Source: Eledone cirrhosa
Lineage: Eukaryota
DNA length: 64,000 nucleotides
Direction of reading: 5' to 3'
Assembly (NCBI GenBank): GCA_964016885.1
Contig: OZ024740.1
Location: 43,462,001-43,526,000, forward strand
Shown here: positions 61,962 to 64,000 of the stretch, one piece after another
Position numbering within the stretch: the first letter of the stretch is position 1
How the letters are laid out: every line of letters starts with the position of its first letter
Notes under the pieces: model-generated
The model's database searches: none
Told to the model about the DNA's origin: nothing
The model's input: only the letters and a program-made list of their open reading frames with translations
Position numbers and translations under genes: made by a program

Positions 61962-62137
61962 ACTACTACTACTACTACTACTACTAATACTACTACTACT
62001 ACCACTACTACTGCTGCTGCTACTGCTACTACTACTACTACTACTACTACTACTGCTGCTACTACTACTACTAATAATAATAATAATACTACTACTACCA
62101 CTACTACTGCTGCTGCTACTGCTACTACTACTACTAG
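61445..62137 (+). repeat. ~690-bp imperfect (CTA)n microsatellite; expanded tail of the adjacent minus-strand SINE
   Basis: Direct reading; abuts the SINE 3' end at 62138. Confidence 0.95.
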
Positions 62138-63355
62138 TAATTGTTTCAACAGTTGGCACAAGGCCAGCAAATACCCAGTACATTACTGGTACTTTATTTT
62201 ATCGACCCCGTAAGGATGAAAGGCAAAGTAAACCTCAGCAGAATTGGAACTCGTTCTGTAAAGGGACGTAACTGTGCTGGAAAGCATGGCGTCCGACTCT
62301 TTACCGATACTGCCATTCCACCGCCCAATACTACTACTAATAACGGTTTCTACTTTTGGCACAAGGCCAGCAAACACCCAGTGCATTACTGGTACTTTAT
62401 TTTATCGACCCCGTAAGGATGAAAGGATGATTTGAATTCAGAATGGCAAGGGCCGTAACTCTATGCGTCAAAGCATGGCGTACGACCCTCTACCGATACT
62501 GCCAATCCAGCGCCCTACTACTAATAATAATGCTTTCTTATATAGGCACAAGGTCAGCAATTTTGGGGGAGGGGAAAGTTGATTAAATTGACCCCAGTGC
62601 GTTACTGGTACTTTATTTTATCGTCCTCGAAAGGATGAAAGGCAAAATTAACCTCGACGGGATTTGAACTCAAATCATAAAGGGCACTACTACTACTAAT
62701 ACTAATAATATCTGATATAGGCACAGGGCCAACAATCTTGTGGGAGGGGAAAGTAGATTACGTCGCCACCAGTGCATGACAGGTATTTTATTTATCGACC
62801 TCGTAAAGATGAAAGGCAAAGCAAACCTCGACAGGATTCGAAATCAGAACGCAGGGGGGCGTAACTCTATGCCACGAAACATGTTAGACGACGCTCTACT
62901 GATATTGCCAATCGACAGCCCTTATTAATAATGGTTTCTTATATAGGCACAAAGACAACAATTTGGGAGGTGGGAAAATCGATTAATTCGATTCCAGTGC
63001 ATGTCTGGCATTTTATTTTATCGACCTCGTATAGATAAAAGTCAAAGCTGACCTCAGCGAGATTTGAACTCAAGGCATAAAGAAACGTAACTAAATGCTA
63101 TAAAGCATTTTGTGCGACGCCCTACCGATTCAGCCAACCTACCACCTTTGTAAAGGCTTCTAATTTAGACACAAAGGCAGTAATTCGTAGGATCGAAAAA
63201 GTCGATTATATCGACCCCTGTACATAATTGGCACATTATTTAATTGATCCCGGAAGTATCGAGGATAAAATAGTACTCGGCACTATTTGAACCCAGAATG
63301 TAAGAAATCAGAACAAATTCCCAGTGGGCTAACAATTCTGCCAACCCACCGCCCC
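62138..63355 (-). mobile_element. Head-to-tail array of six SINE copies (Meta/Nin-like)
   Basis: GGCACAAGG..TACTGGTACTTTATTTTATCGACC..GGATGAAAGG repeats at ~62140, 62345, 62535, 62715, 62935 and 63160, mostly separated by short (CTA/TAA)n. Confidence 0.88.
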
Positions 63356-63371
63356 AAAATAATAATGACAA

Positions 63372-63566
63372 TAATTATTGTTTCTACTTTTGGGACAAGG
63401 TCAGCAATTATCCCAGTGCATTACTGGTACTTTATTTTATCGACCCCATAAGGATGAAAGGCAAAGTTAACCTCGGCCTTTCATCCTTACGAGGTCGATA
63501 AAATAAAGTACCAGTAATGCACTGGGATAATTGCTGGCCTTGTGCTAAAAGTAGAAACAATTATTA
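63372..63566. repeat. Fold-back made of two SINE 3' halves
   Basis: 63378-63462 is approximately the reverse complement of 63476-63562. Confidence 0.85.
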
Positions 63567-64000
63567 GTTTGTGATAAACAGGAAGTGACTTAGGTCACAC
63601 CTGTCCGAGGAAAACATCGAATAATGTTCCGCTGTAGCACTACTAGATACTCTCCAGGCTGAATTGTCTCTGGAATAGAATGTTCACTTGATCGTAGTGG
63701 AAGACTAAATTTTTCACCTAACCGGTAGTTGTTTTTGCTTGTCGGTAATTGTCTTTAGAAACGTCAACCGCATTGTCTGACTGGTAGAGAATTATGTCTA
63801 CCTGACATCATTCCCGATATCAGGCGCCAAATCTTGACCCCTGAGCTTCCATCAAAAGGATAAGTTGCAGGACAGCTTCCTAAAAAATGGTGACATCTTC
63901 CTACAGTCCAGGATTCTCTTCAAATGGTACAGCCACGGCACACCTCTGTGTTTCACAGATCGAGATATAAGGATTTATACTCTATGCAGACCAATATTCT

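Noticed and set aside
61401-62271. Long poly-Ser/Thr/Val/Leu ORFs
   Set aside because: Translations of the (CTA)n microsatellite.
63570-64000. Higher-complexity sequence, possible exon or TE remnant
   Set aside because: The frame translated contains stops, the ORF track lists nothing here, and no motif was recognised.

Overview
This is AT-rich, repeat-saturated eukaryotic intergenic or intronic DNA with one 200-N scaffold gap and no recognisable host gene. The SINE families suggest a mollusc, probably an octopus-like cephalopod (inference). The window is dominated by Penelope-like retroelements (PLEs; RT + C-terminal GIY-YIG) from at least four distinct lineages, almost all sitting in (TA)n microsatellites and usually carrying an inverted copy of their own sequence at the 5' junction. 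Reading both strands, I count about 20 intact or degenerate type I hammerhead-ribozyme (HHR) motifs. Many lie in short non-coding fold-back (palindromic) elements or in 'inverted arm + partial tandem' elements, which look like a PLE-mobilised, retrozyme-like population. One such element carries a tRNA-like Pol III unit instead of an HHR. Also present: a Tx1-like LINE with an intact RT ORF in a (GATA)n/(GA)n tract, CRE, RTE and CR1 LINE fragments, a non-autonomous Helitron, a TRIM-like LTR element, two mariner-like MITEs, tandem SINE arrays, and an 11x74-bp minisatellite made from a LINE C2H2 zinc-finger motif. All coordinates were read by eye, and clade names are motif-based inferences.
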